From the NCBI GenBank assembly GCA_002840355.1, contig PHAL01000012.1:23898-87897 (forward strand): a stretch of DNA of 64,000 nt, written 5' to 3'. Source of the stretch: Elusimicrobia bacterium HGW-Elusimicrobia-3 (GTDB taxonomy: Bacteria > Elusimicrobiota > Elusimicrobia > Elusimicrobiales > UBA9959). Shown here in pieces: positions 45,497 through 55,299 of this stretch (position 1 is its first letter; the number at the start of each line of letters is the position of its first letter). The notes under the pieces are model-generated. The model was not told the origin of the DNA and did no database searches. It was given only the letters and a program-made list of their open reading frames with translations. Position numbers and translations under genes: made by a program.

Positions 45497-46006
45497 TCAG
45501 AACCCGCTGCGCTCCGAGCCGCTCTGGCAGACCATGCAGTAGCGGGCGCTGGGCAGCGCCTTTATGCGCTTCTTCTCTATGACCTTCTTGCAATGCTCGC
45601 AGAGGCCGTAGGTGCCCTTATCCATCTTGCGCAGGGCGGCGTCCACGTCGCGCAGGATCTTGCGCTCGTTGTCGGAGAGTTCGAAGAGGATCTCCTTGTC
45701 GAGGCTCTGGGAAGCCTGGTCGATGGAATCGCCGACCTCGGGTTCGAGGATGTCGAAGTTCTTCTTGTCCTCTACATTCTTGGCGATGTCCACGCGCATC
45801 TCGCTCAGGGTGGCCGCGATCTCGGCCAGCTCGGTCCTGGTCAGGGACTCTTCGACCCGGGCCGCCTTCTTCACCGGGGCCGGCGCCGGCTTCCTGGGCG
45901 CGGCCTTGGCCGGGGCCTTTTTGGCCGGGGCCTTTTTTGCCGCGGCCTTTTTGGGCAGGGCTTTCTTGGCCGCAGTCTTCTTAACCGCTTTATTCGTTTT
46001 TTTCAT
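45497..46006 (-). CDS. dksA: DksA-like protein with Ala/Lys/Pro-rich N-terminus
   Basis: DSIDQA (DxxDxA), GTYGLCEHC...YCMVC. Confidence 0.85.
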   Translation of the reverse strand: MKKTNKAVKKTAAKKALPKKAAAKKAPAKKAPAKAAPRKPAPAPVKKAARVEESLTRTELAEIAATLSEMRVDIAKNVEDKKNFDILEPEVGDSIDQASQSLDKEILFELSDNERKILRDVDAALRKMDKGTYGLCEHCKKVIEKKRIKALPSARYCMVCQSGSERSGF

Positions 46007-46035
46007 GTGTGTCTCCGTCCGGGCCGCTCCCGGAG

Positions 46036-47013
46036 CTAATGCTGCGAAGTGCTGAAAAACATCGGGCGCGCCTCCGTTATGACGGCGCGCGAGGCCTTGA
46101 TCCGGTCCCGGTAATACTTCGGGAGGCTGAAGGCCCCGGTAATCGTTTCCCCGTCGGAAAATCTGAGCGGGCGCTTCAGGCGCGTGCGCGCGGCGCGGTC
46201 CAGCGCCGCGGCGTCGAGCCGCGCGGGGGCCTTGGCCGGGTCGTCCGTGCAGTAGAGAAAGGTCCACGGCATGTCGTAGGACGGGATGAAGGCGGAGTAG
46301 CTGCCCACGAAGCGGAAGACCTTGCGCAGCGTGTTGTAGATGGCCGGGTGCAGTTCGAACTGCAGCGGCGTGCCGGGGCCGGCCTGCACGGTGAAGACGG
46401 AGCCGGGGGACATGATCTTCTTCATGCGGCGGTAGAATTCCAGGGTGTAGAGGGAGTAGGCCGGGCCGCCTTCCACGGGGCTCGGCAGGTCGGAGTAGAC
46501 CAGGTCGAACTTCTGCGCGGTGTTGAAGACGAATTTCTTGGCGTCCTGGGCCAGCAGCCGCAGGCGCGGGTCGGAGAAAGAGCCGCGGTGCCAGGTGTCC
46601 AGGTGCTTCTCGGCGAAGCGCAGGATGTTGTAGTCGATGTCGGCCATCACCACGCGCCCGATGCCGCGGTCGTTGAGGATGTCGCGCGCGGTGGCGCCTT
46701 CCCCCCCGCCCAGGATCAGCGCCGTCCGGGGGGCGCGGTGGGCCAGCAGGGCCGGGTAGACCAGCGACTCGTGGTAGAAGGCTTCGTCGTACTGGCTGGA
46801 CTGCGTCTCGCCGTCGAGCACCAGCACCTTGCCGAAGGTGTGCGTCTTGATCAGCGCGGCTTCCTGGAAGGCGGTGGAGGAGGTTTCGAGCACCTTGAGC
46901 GCGCGGTGGGCGTGCAGTTCGCCGGGCGTGAAGAATTCCACGAACCAGTCCCCTCCCGGCAGCAGGCTGCCCGAGGACTTTATCCAGTCGAATTTTCTTT
47001 TCTTGGCGGTCAT
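46036..47013 (-). CDS. speE: Spermidine synthase
   Basis: FGKVLVLDG, YHESLV, LGGGEG. Confidence 0.92.
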   Translation of the reverse strand: MTAKKRKFDWIKSSGSLLPGGDWFVEFFTPGELHAHRALKVLETSSTAFQEAALIKTHTFGKVLVLDGETQSSQYDEAFYHESLVYPALLAHRAPRTALILGGGEGATARDILNDRGIGRVVMADIDYNILRFAEKHLDTWHRGSFSDPRLRLLAQDAKKFVFNTAQKFDLVYSDLPSPVEGGPAYSLYTLEFYRRMKKIMSPGSVFTVQAGPGTPLQFELHPAIYNTLRKVFRFVGSYSAFIPSYDMPWTFLYCTDDPAKAPARLDAAALDRAARTRLKRPLRFSDGETITGAFSLPKYYRDRIKASRAVITEARPMFFSTSQH

Positions 47014-47370
47014 TTATTTGGGGAGCAGGCCGCGCTCCATCTTCATCACGCTGAAATGGGTGGCCTTGAAGAGCGACTTCACCTTTTTGAAGGCCTCCCA
47101 GGGGCGGGTCTTGTCGCCGCAGGTGTAGAGGTCCAGCGAGGCGTACTTGTGCTCCGGCCAGGTATGGATGGCGAAATGGGATTCAGCGATCACGATGACG
47201 CCGGAGACGCCGTAAGGCTTGAAGTGGTGGAAGATGGAGTCTATGATGGTGGCGTCGGCCGCGCGCGCGGCCTTCAGCATGACGTCCTGCACGTCCGCCA
47301 CGGACGAGAGGGTGGACTCATCGCAGCCGTAAAGTTCGAGTATAAGGTGCTGGCCGAGTGCTTTCATCAT
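47014..47370 (-). CDS. speD: S-adenosylmethionine decarboxylase proenzyme
   Basis: AESHFAIHTWPE, DLYTCG. Confidence 0.95.
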   Translation of the reverse strand: MMKALGQHLILELYGCDESTLSSVADVQDVMLKAARAADATIIDSIFHHFKPYGVSGVIVIAESHFAIHTWPEHKYASLDLYTCGDKTRPWEAFKKVKSLFKATHFSVMKMERGLLPK

Positions 47371-47480
47371 TTTTTTCCAGTTAACAAATTTATATTATTT
47401 GCCCCCATGTGTCAACCGCGCTAAAAGTAGCGGAGCCGGGGGGCTCCCGGCTCCGGTCGGACCGCCTGGGCGGGCCCGGG

Positions 47481-48515
47481 TTATTTGAACGAGATCCCCT
47501 TCATCTTGGTAAAGATGGTGCGGTCGCGCCGCTGGAAGATGGGGCTGCGGAAAGGGAAGTCGAAGGTCAGCGAGATGCGGTGGGTACTGCCGAGTTCCCC
47601 CATGGGGACGAAGGCGTAGTCCAGGCTGAAGAAATGCATCGTGGCGCCCACGCCCATGGAGAGGCCGCCGACGCCGTCGCCCATCTTCTGCGTGTCCAGG
47701 CCGGCGCGCACGCAGAGGCGGGTAAGCTCGTTCGGGGTGGCCGCCAGTTCGGCGCCCAGGCGCACGCTGGGCTTGTTATGCTTGGGCAGCACCACGTCGG
47801 TGGCCACCAGCAGGTTGCGGAAGGGGTTGACCGCCGCGCCCAGCTTGAAGGTCAGCGGGATCGGGTTGGACTCGGTGTCGTAGGTCAGGCCGCCGCCCAG
47901 GTTGGTGGCGACCACGGACAGGCGGTACGGGATGTCGGAGAAATTATAGGTCATCACGCCGATGTCGCCCGCGTAGGCCTTGGCCGAGTCCACGATCTGC
48001 GACTTGATGTACTTGGCGGAGACGCCGATGGAGACGTCGATGTCCTTGTCGGAGAACTCCAGGATGGCCTTGCTGTAGGACAGGGTGAAGACCTGGTCGC
48101 GCGGCGCGAAGCTGCCCAGCGTGTTGCCAGAGATGTCGGTTTGCGTGATGGAGCCGATGTCGGTGAGCATCACCGAGCCGGCCACGACGGAGTCGTAAGA
48201 GAGGCGGTGCGCGTAGGCGGCGTACTGATAGCTGATCTCCTCGAGGTACTGTGCCCGCATGAAGATGGCCGACAGCTTGGGGATCTGCACGAGGCCGGCC
48301 GGGTTCCAGTAGATGGCGGAGGCCTCTTCGCTGACGGCGGTGTAGGCGCCGCCCATGCCGGCCGCGCGGGCGCCGATGGGCAGGTTCAGGAAGTCGGCCG
48401 TGGTGGTGCCGGCCGCCTTCGAGGAAAAGTAGCGGGGGTCCTCCGCCGCGACGGGCGAGGCGAGGGTCAGGGCCAGCAGAGCCGCGGCCAGGGCTGTTTT
48501 GTTGTCAGCCTTCAT
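47481..48515 (-). CDS. PorV/PorQ-family outer-membrane protein
   Basis: FLNLPIGARAAGMG, YWNPAGL, LDYAF, LGSTHRISL. Confidence 0.85.
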   Translation of the reverse strand: MKADNKTALAAALLALTLASPVAAEDPRYFSSKAAGTTTADFLNLPIGARAAGMGGAYTAVSEEASAIYWNPAGLVQIPKLSAIFMRAQYLEEISYQYAAYAHRLSYDSVVAGSVMLTDIGSITQTDISGNTLGSFAPRDQVFTLSYSKAILEFSDKDIDVSIGVSAKYIKSQIVDSAKAYAGDIGVMTYNFSDIPYRLSVVATNLGGGLTYDTESNPIPLTFKLGAAVNPFRNLLVATDVVLPKHNKPSVRLGAELAATPNELTRLCVRAGLDTQKMGDGVGGLSMGVGATMHFFSLDYAFVPMGELGSTHRISLTFDFPFRSPIFQRRDRTIFTKMKGISFK

Positions 48516-48518
48516 AAC

Positions 48519-51500
48519 TTACCTTTCCACCGCCAGTTTCAGGACTTTCTTGCCGGCGCTGGAATCGATGACGGCCAGGTAGATGCCGCTGGCCACCAGG
48601 TTGCCGGACTTGTTGACGCCCTTCCAGATTATCACGCCGGTGCTGCCGGCCGTGCCTTCCCAGACCTTGTCGCCCGACAGGGTGTAGATGCGCACCTTGG
48701 CGTTCGCGGGGAGGCGGTCTATGGTCACGAAGCCCTGGCCGCGGTTGGCGTAGAACGGGTTGGGGTAGACGATGACGCCGGCCAGGTTGGTGGCGGCCGT
48801 GCGCACCATCAGCTGGAACAGGCTGAAGTGGTTGAGCGTGGCCGTGATCGTGCGCTCGCCTATGTTCACCTGCGTCTCCAGCGGCAGGCACTGCCCGGAG
48901 ACCGGGTTGTAGCGGGCCATCACCACCTGGGCGGCCTTGTTGATGATGTCGTTCTTGGCCAGCGTGGGGTCCTGGTCGAACTTGATGGTAAGCGTGACCG
49001 GGATCTGGGGCTGGAGGCCGTTTTCCGAATAGATGGCCACCTCTATGGGTATGAGGCCGCCGGCCAGGTAGCCGCACGGGTTGAGGTTGGAAGAGGAGAT
49101 CGCGATGGCGGTGGACCCGGGGAAGGAATCCTCAGGCACGAACATCGTGACGGCGCGGTTGTTGGGGAGCGTGCCCGTTATGGTCACGTCCTCGGTGGTG
49201 CTGCTGGTGCCGCCCACGGAGCCGGACGGAGAGCCGGAGGGGCCCGGCACCGTGAAGGCCGCCAGCGCGCGCTTGCGGGCCGTCACGAAGCCTTCCCCGT
49301 TGCGGGCCGCGACGTCGAAGTAGTAAGTGGTCGCCGTGAGCAGGCCGTTGACGAAGGCCTCGTTGGCCGTGTTGAGGTAGGCGAACGGGATGTGCGTGAC
49401 GATGGGGGCCGCGAAAACTTCGCTGGTGGAACTGCGCAGCTCGTAGACGGTGTCGGGCGCGTTGCCGGCGGTGTCCCAGGACAGCGAGATGCCGGACATG
49501 GTGATCTCGTCGGCGGTGAGGCTGCCCGGCACCTTGGCCAGCGTGTACTTGGTGCCCAGGTCTATGGTGGCGCCCGGCACCCCGTCGCCGTTGTAGGGCG
49601 TGAGCGTGAGGGCGTACGGGACGTTGGGCGAGAGGGTGTTGAAGGTCACGGAGGCCTGGTCCGTGGTGACGCTGGCTATCGCCACGGCGTCGCCGGTGGA
49701 GAGCTGCACGTTATAGGCCGTCCAGGTGGAATTGCCGTTGGTGATCCAGTTGACGGTCAGCGTGCCTGTGCTGACGCCGGTGAAGATGTTGGGCACGGCG
49801 GGCAGCGGCTGCACGGTGAGCGTGTAGACGCTCTCGGCCTGGGACCACGGGCCGCGCAGGGGGCCGTCTACGGTGGTTTTGACCGCGCTGACCACGGCGT
49901 AGTACTTCCGGTTCGCCGCGAGGCCGGTCTGGGAGAAGTCCATCAGCGTGGTGGAGCCGACGAGCACGGCGGCTTCGGTGCCGCTGGTGATGTCGTAGAT
50001 CTCGTAGTACGAGGCGCCTATGGCTTCGTCCCAGGACCAGTTTATGGTCGAGCTGCTGAGGGCCTGGCCCGAGAAGTTGTTGACGCCGCTGACGGTGATG
50101 GTGGAGGCGTAGCCGCTGAAGGCGGTGGTGATGCCGGCGCCGTTCATGGCCCTGACGCGGAAGTCGTACATCTGGTTGGCCGAGAGCGACGTTATCACGG
50201 CGGAGGTGCTGAGGTAGTTCACGGTAAAGGGCACCGGCGTGGAGATGGCCAGCGGGTCCGAGAACTTGGGAGCCTTCAGCGGCGACATCGAGATTTCGTA
50301 GGCGGTGATCTCAGAGTTGCCGCTGCCGCTCCACTCCAGCTCGGCCGTTTCGAAACTGGCCGTGTTGATGGTCAGGGCCGAGGGCGCGGCCGCCAGCGTG
50401 TAGTAGGTGGAAGACTTGCTCAGACCGCCGTAGCCGCCCATGTTGAAGGCGGAGACCATGATGGAGGCCTCGGAGTTGGGCGCCATATTGGTCTGCGTGT
50501 AGGAAGCGTTGTCGGCGAAAGCCGTGGTGGCGATGAAGACGCTGTCGGAGGCCGAGTAGATAGCGTAGCCCTGGGCGCCGCCGGAGGGGATGGTGCCGCG
50601 GGTCCAGGTCCAGGTGATGGAGCTGGTGCCCAGTACCGCGCCGGCAGGTTCCGAGGGCAGGCCGGCGGGGCGGGGCACGGTGACCTGCACCGTGTGGCCG
50701 TCTGAGAAGAGGCCGTTGGCCGCCACGCGCATATGGTACCAGCCGTGGGGCAGGGCCCCGGTCTCGGCCGGCGCGACTATGGTCAGCGAGCTGACGGTCT
50801 TTTCCCAGTTGGCAGCGCCGTAGAGGCCGCCGTAATGGGAGTAGATGCGCGTGGAGAGGTCTATCATGAAGCCGCTGGGGTTGTCTATCTGCTGCATGTA
50901 GAGGCGCGGGCTGCTGAAAGAGGAGTTGAGCGGGCCCGCGCCGCCGCCGGAGGCCTCGGTGATGCCGTGGAAGTTGGAGGTGGCGCTGAGCAGCGTGGCG
51001 CTCATGCCGCGGTCGAAATAGACCGTGCCTGTGGAGATCAGCGCCTGCCGGGTGGTGTCGGCCTCCAGGCCGCTGGCGTCGGGGTAGTGGTTGAAATGGG
51101 CGAACTCGACCGTGCTGAGGTACTTCCCCCCGTCCCAGCCGCCGATGTTGATCACCATGTTGTCCCTGGTCATCAGCGAGGTGTGATGGGTCCTGGGGGA
51201 GCCTTTGGCCTGTACGGCCCAGCTCCTGAAATCGGGGTCGAAGCTTTCCACGTAGGGCTGGGCCGTGCCGCGCATTTCTCCGCCGGTGAGCAGGATCTTG
51301 CCGTTGGGCATCAGCACGGTGCGGTGGTTGGCGCGGTTGAAGTTCAGCTCCGTGCCGGAGTCGGCCCAGGCGGCCCCGGTGAAAAGCTCAGAAGTCTTTA
51401 CGCTGTCCTCGCCGTTGCTGCCGCCGATCACCAGCACGTTGCCGTCGCGCAGCTGCACCGCGCTGTGCGCGTAGCGCGCCGTGATCAGCAGGCCCGTGGC

Positions 51501-54275
51501 CACGGAACTGCGGGCGGAATAATTGTAGATCTCGGCCGAATTCATGGGGCCGGAGGCGTTTATGCCGGCGGCCAGCAGCACGTTGCCGCTCTTGAGCAGC
51601 GTGGCCGTATGCTGGGACCTGCGCTGGGCCAGGGTGCCGCCCGGTATCCAGTAGGAAGTGGAGGCGATGAAGATCTCGGCGGTGTTGGAGTAATTTCCGG
51701 GAACCGCCCCGGCCGCCACCAGCACGTTGCCGTCCGGCATAAGCGTGGCCGTATGCAGCTGCCGGGCCGTGGCCATGGGGGAGGTAGGCACCCACCGCTG
51801 GGTGTCGGGGTAGAAGATCTCGGCCGAACTGATGGCCACGCCCCAGGGGGCGATGCCGCCGGCCACCAGGACATTGCCGTTGGGCAGCAGCGTGGCGGTG
51901 TGGTTGGCCCGGGCCATGTTCATCGCGCCGGTGGGGGCCCAGGTCTTGCTGACCGGGTCCATGAGCTCGCAGCTCGACAGCGGCTTGGCCCCGTCGGAGC
52001 CGCCGCAGGTGAGGATGTGGCCGGTGGGCAGCAGCGTGCTGGTGTGGAAGGCGCGCTTGGTGGCGAGTTCGCCGCCGGGCTGCAGGCCGGCCGGCTCGCC
52101 GTTGGTGCCGCCGCCGTAGACCGGGATTATGGCCGTCAAGGCGGTGGCGGTGCTCATGCGCACCGCGCCGCGCAGGCAGTCGGCGCCGGGGTTGAATTCG
52201 CAGTTCTGGCCGCCCAGCAGCACCGTGTCGGCGGCGGGGGTGAGCAGGGCCGTGTGGTTGAAGGAGGGCGTGGCCATGGTGTCGGAGTCTTTGTCGTCGG
52301 CCATCTCCTCCCATTTGTTCTCGGCGGGGCTGTACGAGAGCCGGTTGCTGAAGATCATGGAGCGGATCACCATGGTGGACTGGTCTATGGTGAAAGTGGG
52401 CTCGCGGTCCATGATGGAAACCGTGTCGGCGGTATAGGCGAGATCCACTGAGGCGGAGACCGCGGTGCCGTCGATGGCGAGGGGCGAGTAGTTGGTGGCG
52501 CCGTCCTCGAGCGCCTGGGGGTTGGCGATAACGCCGGCGATGCCGCTGGCCAGCGGGAAGTCGAGGGTGCCGGTAAAGGTGCAGACCTTGTCGAACAGGT
52601 CGTCGCAGTCCGTGACGGCGTTGGTGGTGAGCGTGAAATTGTTGGAGACGGCCCCTCCTTCCACGGTGATGGAGTACAGCTCGTTCTCGATAGCGGCCGA
52701 CTCCAGCGTGGCCCTGCCCCTTATCTGGGAGCGGTAGACGTTGGGCATGTCCACGGTGATGCTGAAAGTGAGCCTGCCGTCGCTGATGGCGCTTTCGGTC
52801 TCCGGGTAGTTGGGCGGGGCGAAGATCACCTGGGAGCCCGCCGCCAGCTGGCCGCCTACGCTCACGGTCTGCGGGTCGAATTCCACCGTGCCGCTGGGGC
52901 TGATGCTCAGCTTGTTCTTGAAATCTCCGGGCTCATAGCCGGCGTCGGAGCTGCCTATGAGCAGGCCCACGGGGAAACCGTCCACTACGCCTATGGTGTC
53001 GGTGGGGAGCGTGAACTGGGCGTTGTCGATGGTGAAGGACGGCGCGCCGATATCCGGCGGGTCCGAGAAATAGATGTCGCCGTTGACGATGCGGCCGCTG
53101 ACCGGGCGCGCCACCTTGAAGTCAGTCATGAACACGATGCCGCTGCTGCCCTGGTTTATGGTCGCCCTGTTGGGGGTGGCGGTAGTGTCGAGGTTTATGA
53201 CGGATTCCGGCAGTATGGTGGGCGAGTCGTTGAAAAAGGTGGGGACGATGTTGCCGTAGCCGCCCTGCAGGGAGAGCACGCCGCCGGGGTCGAGCACGGC
53301 GGTATGCCAGCCCGAGCGGTAGGGCATTTCGCCGTAGGTGTCTTCCCCCACCACGGTGCGCGCGCCGTTCTGGTCGAAGAACTCGGCGCCGTCCACGAAG
53401 CCGTGGGTGCCCACGTCATGCACGGCCTGCACGGCGGGATTATCGATATGCCAGCATTCGTCCTCTATGCTGCCGGGGGCTTCGGCCTGGCAATAGAGCC
53501 AGTTGCTGCCGTTGTGGCCGCCGGCTATCATGATCTTGCCGTTATTGAGCACGGTGGCCGTATGGCCGGTGCGGCCCTGCAGCAGGGCCGATACCGGCGT
53601 CCAGATATTGGACTGCGGGTCGTACATCTCGTTCATCGCCTCGTACTGCCAGACGGCCCCGGTCCAGCGCTTGCCGCCGGTGGCGAAGACGCGGCCGTCG
53701 CGCAGCAGCGTGGCGGCGTGGCCGAAGCGGTTGCTGGCCATGTCGCTGGCGCCGGTGTCTACGGTGTTGGTGGCGGGATCGAAAAAATCGCAGGCGGCGG
53801 TGTCGCCTTGGGTGGCGGTCTGGCCGCCGCAGATCAATACCTTGCCGGCATTGGGGCCCCTGGAGAGCAGCGTGGCCGTGTGGTTGGCCTTTGCCTCGGA
53901 GAGGGCGGCGCCTATAGAGGCGCAGAGCCGGGTGATGGGGTTGCAGATCTCGAGCGAGGCGGTAAAAGCGGCGGCGCCGGTAAAGCCGCCGGCTATCAGT
54001 ACGCGGCCGTCGGACAGCAGGGTGGCGGTATGCGAGGACCTGGCGATAGAAAGGCCGTTGGTCCAGTTCACGAAGGTGTTGGCCGCCATGTCGTACATCT
54101 GAACGCTGTCGGTGAACTGCGCGGCGCTGTGGCCTCCCCCCGTCACCAGCAGGTTGCCGTCGGGCAGCAGCGTGGCGGTATGGGAGTGCCGGTGAGCGAA
54201 AGGCACGGCGCCGGCGCCCGTCGCTAAAAGCGCGGGAGCCAGCAGGGAGAGGAAGAGGACTTTTCTGAAATCCAT
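48519..54275 (-). CDS. 1918-aa exported kelch + FN3 protein with T9SS-CTD/FlgD-like C-terminus
   Basis: Signal peptide, many R..HTATLL..G.VL..GG repeats, FN3 repeats, VYPNPF...RIYTLSG...ASGIY...KLAVER. Confidence 0.9.
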   Translation of the reverse strand: MDFRKVLFLSLLAPALLATGAGAVPFAHRHSHTATLLPDGNLLVTGGGHSAAQFTDSVQMYDMAANTFVNWTNGLSIARSSHTATLLSDGRVLIAGGFTGAAAFTASLEICNPITRLCASIGAALSEAKANHTATLLSRGPNAGKVLICGGQTATQGDTAACDFFDPATNTVDTGASDMASNRFGHAATLLRDGRVFATGGKRWTGAVWQYEAMNEMYDPQSNIWTPVSALLQGRTGHTATVLNNGKIMIAGGHNGSNWLYCQAEAPGSIEDECWHIDNPAVQAVHDVGTHGFVDGAEFFDQNGARTVVGEDTYGEMPYRSGWHTAVLDPGGVLSLQGGYGNIVPTFFNDSPTILPESVINLDTTATPNRATINQGSSGIVFMTDFKVARPVSGRIVNGDIYFSDPPDIGAPSFTIDNAQFTLPTDTIGVVDGFPVGLLIGSSDAGYEPGDFKNKLSISPSGTVEFDPQTVSVGGQLAAGSQVIFAPPNYPETESAISDGRLTFSITVDMPNVYRSQIRGRATLESAAIENELYSITVEGGAVSNNFTLTTNAVTDCDDLFDKVCTFTGTLDFPLASGIAGVIANPQALEDGATNYSPLAIDGTAVSASVDLAYTADTVSIMDREPTFTIDQSTMVIRSMIFSNRLSYSPAENKWEEMADDKDSDTMATPSFNHTALLTPAADTVLLGGQNCEFNPGADCLRGAVRMSTATALTAIIPVYGGGTNGEPAGLQPGGELATKRAFHTSTLLPTGHILTCGGSDGAKPLSSCELMDPVSKTWAPTGAMNMARANHTATLLPNGNVLVAGGIAPWGVAISSAEIFYPDTQRWVPTSPMATARQLHTATLMPDGNVLVAAGAVPGNYSNTAEIFIASTSYWIPGGTLAQRRSQHTATLLKSGNVLLAAGINASGPMNSAEIYNYSARSSVATGLLITARYAHSAVQLRDGNVLVIGGSNGEDSVKTSELFTGAAWADSGTELNFNRANHRTVLMPNGKILLTGGEMRGTAQPYVESFDPDFRSWAVQAKGSPRTHHTSLMTRDNMVINIGGWDGGKYLSTVEFAHFNHYPDASGLEADTTRQALISTGTVYFDRGMSATLLSATSNFHGITEASGGGAGPLNSSFSSPRLYMQQIDNPSGFMIDLSTRIYSHYGGLYGAANWEKTVSSLTIVAPAETGALPHGWYHMRVAANGLFSDGHTVQVTVPRPAGLPSEPAGAVLGTSSITWTWTRGTIPSGGAQGYAIYSASDSVFIATTAFADNASYTQTNMAPNSEASIMVSAFNMGGYGGLSKSSTYYTLAAAPSALTINTASFETAELEWSGSGNSEITAYEISMSPLKAPKFSDPLAISTPVPFTVNYLSTSAVITSLSANQMYDFRVRAMNGAGITTAFSGYASTITVSGVNNFSGQALSSSTINWSWDEAIGASYYEIYDITSGTEAAVLVGSTTLMDFSQTGLAANRKYYAVVSAVKTTVDGPLRGPWSQAESVYTLTVQPLPAVPNIFTGVSTGTLTVNWITNGNSTWTAYNVQLSTGDAVAIASVTTDQASVTFNTLSPNVPYALTLTPYNGDGVPGATIDLGTKYTLAKVPGSLTADEITMSGISLSWDTAGNAPDTVYELRSSTSEVFAAPIVTHIPFAYLNTANEAFVNGLLTATTYYFDVAARNGEGFVTARKRALAAFTVPGPSGSPSGSVGGTSSTTEDVTITGTLPNNRAVTMFVPEDSFPGSTAIAISSSNLNPCGYLAGGLIPIEVAIYSENGLQPQIPVTLTIKFDQDPTLAKNDIINKAAQVVMARYNPVSGQCLPLETQVNIGERTITATLNHFSLFQLMVRTAATNLAGVIVYPNPFYANRGQGFVTIDRLPANAKVRIYTLSGDKVWEGTAGSTGVIIWKGVNKSGNLVASGIYLAVIDSSAGKKVLKLAVER

Positions 54276-54301
54276 AAAAGGGTCCGGGGATAGTCTATCA
54301 G

Positions 54302-54327
54302 AAACCTGTTACAGGTTTGTTAACAAA
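54302..54327. promoter_or_regulatory. Overlapping palindromes upstream of kelch gene
   Basis: AAACCTGT-T-ACAGGTTT and TTTGTTAACAAA. Confidence 0.4.
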
Positions 54328-54333
54328 AAACGG

Positions 54334-54831
54334 TTATTCCACCGCTACCAGGGAGTCCCCGGTGGGCGCCTTGGGTTTGCCCGGGTCCAGTTTCTTTTTG
54401 CCGTCCACGGTGAAGTGGTACGGGTAGTTGCCGGGCAGTATATAGACTTCGGCTTTCCAGACGCCGTTCTTTTTTGTCATCGGCTTGGCTTTCCAGGAGG
54501 TGAAGCTGCCGGCCAACTTTACGGATTTAGCCTTGGAGTCCTTATATTCGAAGATCGTCTTGACCGCTTTGACTTTGGCGGGCTCGGCCTTGTCCTGGGC
54601 GGCGGCCTGCGGGGCCGGCTCTTCGGCGGCCGGGGCCGCGGCTTCAGGGTTCTCGCCGGCTTCTTCGTCTCCGGCTTCTTCCTGCGGCGGGGGCATGGGC
54701 ACCGGGCGCACTTCTAGGGTGTCTCCGGGGAAATAAGCAGAGACGCGCCCGTACAGGGAGTACGCGGCGAAAACCATGACGGCCAGACTGATCAGCGCCG
54801 AGGCCGCCCAGAAGTTCTTGGATTTTGTCAT
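54334..54831 (-). CDS. Membrane-anchored CBM48/AMPK-type glycogen-binding domain protein
   Basis: N-terminal TM, acidic linker, VKLAGSFTSW, PGNYPYHFTVDG, DP. Confidence 0.85.
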   Translation of the reverse strand: MTKSKNFWAASALISLAVMVFAAYSLYGRVSAYFPGDTLEVRPVPMPPPQEEAGDEEAGENPEAAAPAAEEPAPQAAAQDKAEPAKVKAVKTIFEYKDSKAKSVKLAGSFTSWKAKPMTKKNGVWKAEVYILPGNYPYHFTVDGKKKLDPGKPKAPTGDSLVAVE

Positions 54832-54886
54832 AGGTAATTCCGGAACGGTGCTGAAAATTAACTGCTAAAACTATTTACGGCTCCCC

Positions 54887-55168
54887 CCATCACCCGCTTT
54901 GAACGCCTACTACCGGTATCGCGAGGCAGCCTGTTGCGCATTGAAATCCAAAAGCGGGTGACCGCGAGCGTCAGCGAGCGTACCCCGTTGAACTTCCATC
55001 ACCCGCTTAAACTTCGAGCCTTTAAAATAAAAGCGGGTGACATGCGAGCGGTAGCGAGCTTCCCCATAAGGAAATTCCCATCACCCGCTTAGGGATTACG
55101 AACAAACAACTGCCTATCCCTGATAACAGTTCTGTTGCTCTTAGAAATTCTAAGCGGGTGATGGGAAT
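54887..55168. repeat. Array of inverted repeats derived from the tRNA-Gly 3' end
   Basis: CCATCACCCGCTT at 54887, 54996, 55078; AAGCGGGTGA at 54952, 55031, 55152. Confidence 0.85.
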
Positions 55169-55223
55169 CGAACCCACGTCTAATGCTTGGGAAGCACTCG
55201 TTCTACCATTGAACTACACCCGC
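55153..55223 (-). tRNA. tRNA-Gly(CCC)
   Basis: GCGGGTG acceptor, TT-CCC-AA loop, GGTTCGATTCC; no CCA. Confidence 0.93.
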
Positions 55224-55299
55224 GTCTATATATATAAAGAACCGCACCGCGAATACCCGTAAATTCTACTTAAAACGGTTATCGTTTTCAATATTATTA

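Noticed and set aside
47409-50705. 1098-aa + strand ORF and other long antisense ORFs
   Set aside because: Shadow frames of high-GC genes on the opposite strand; no motifs.
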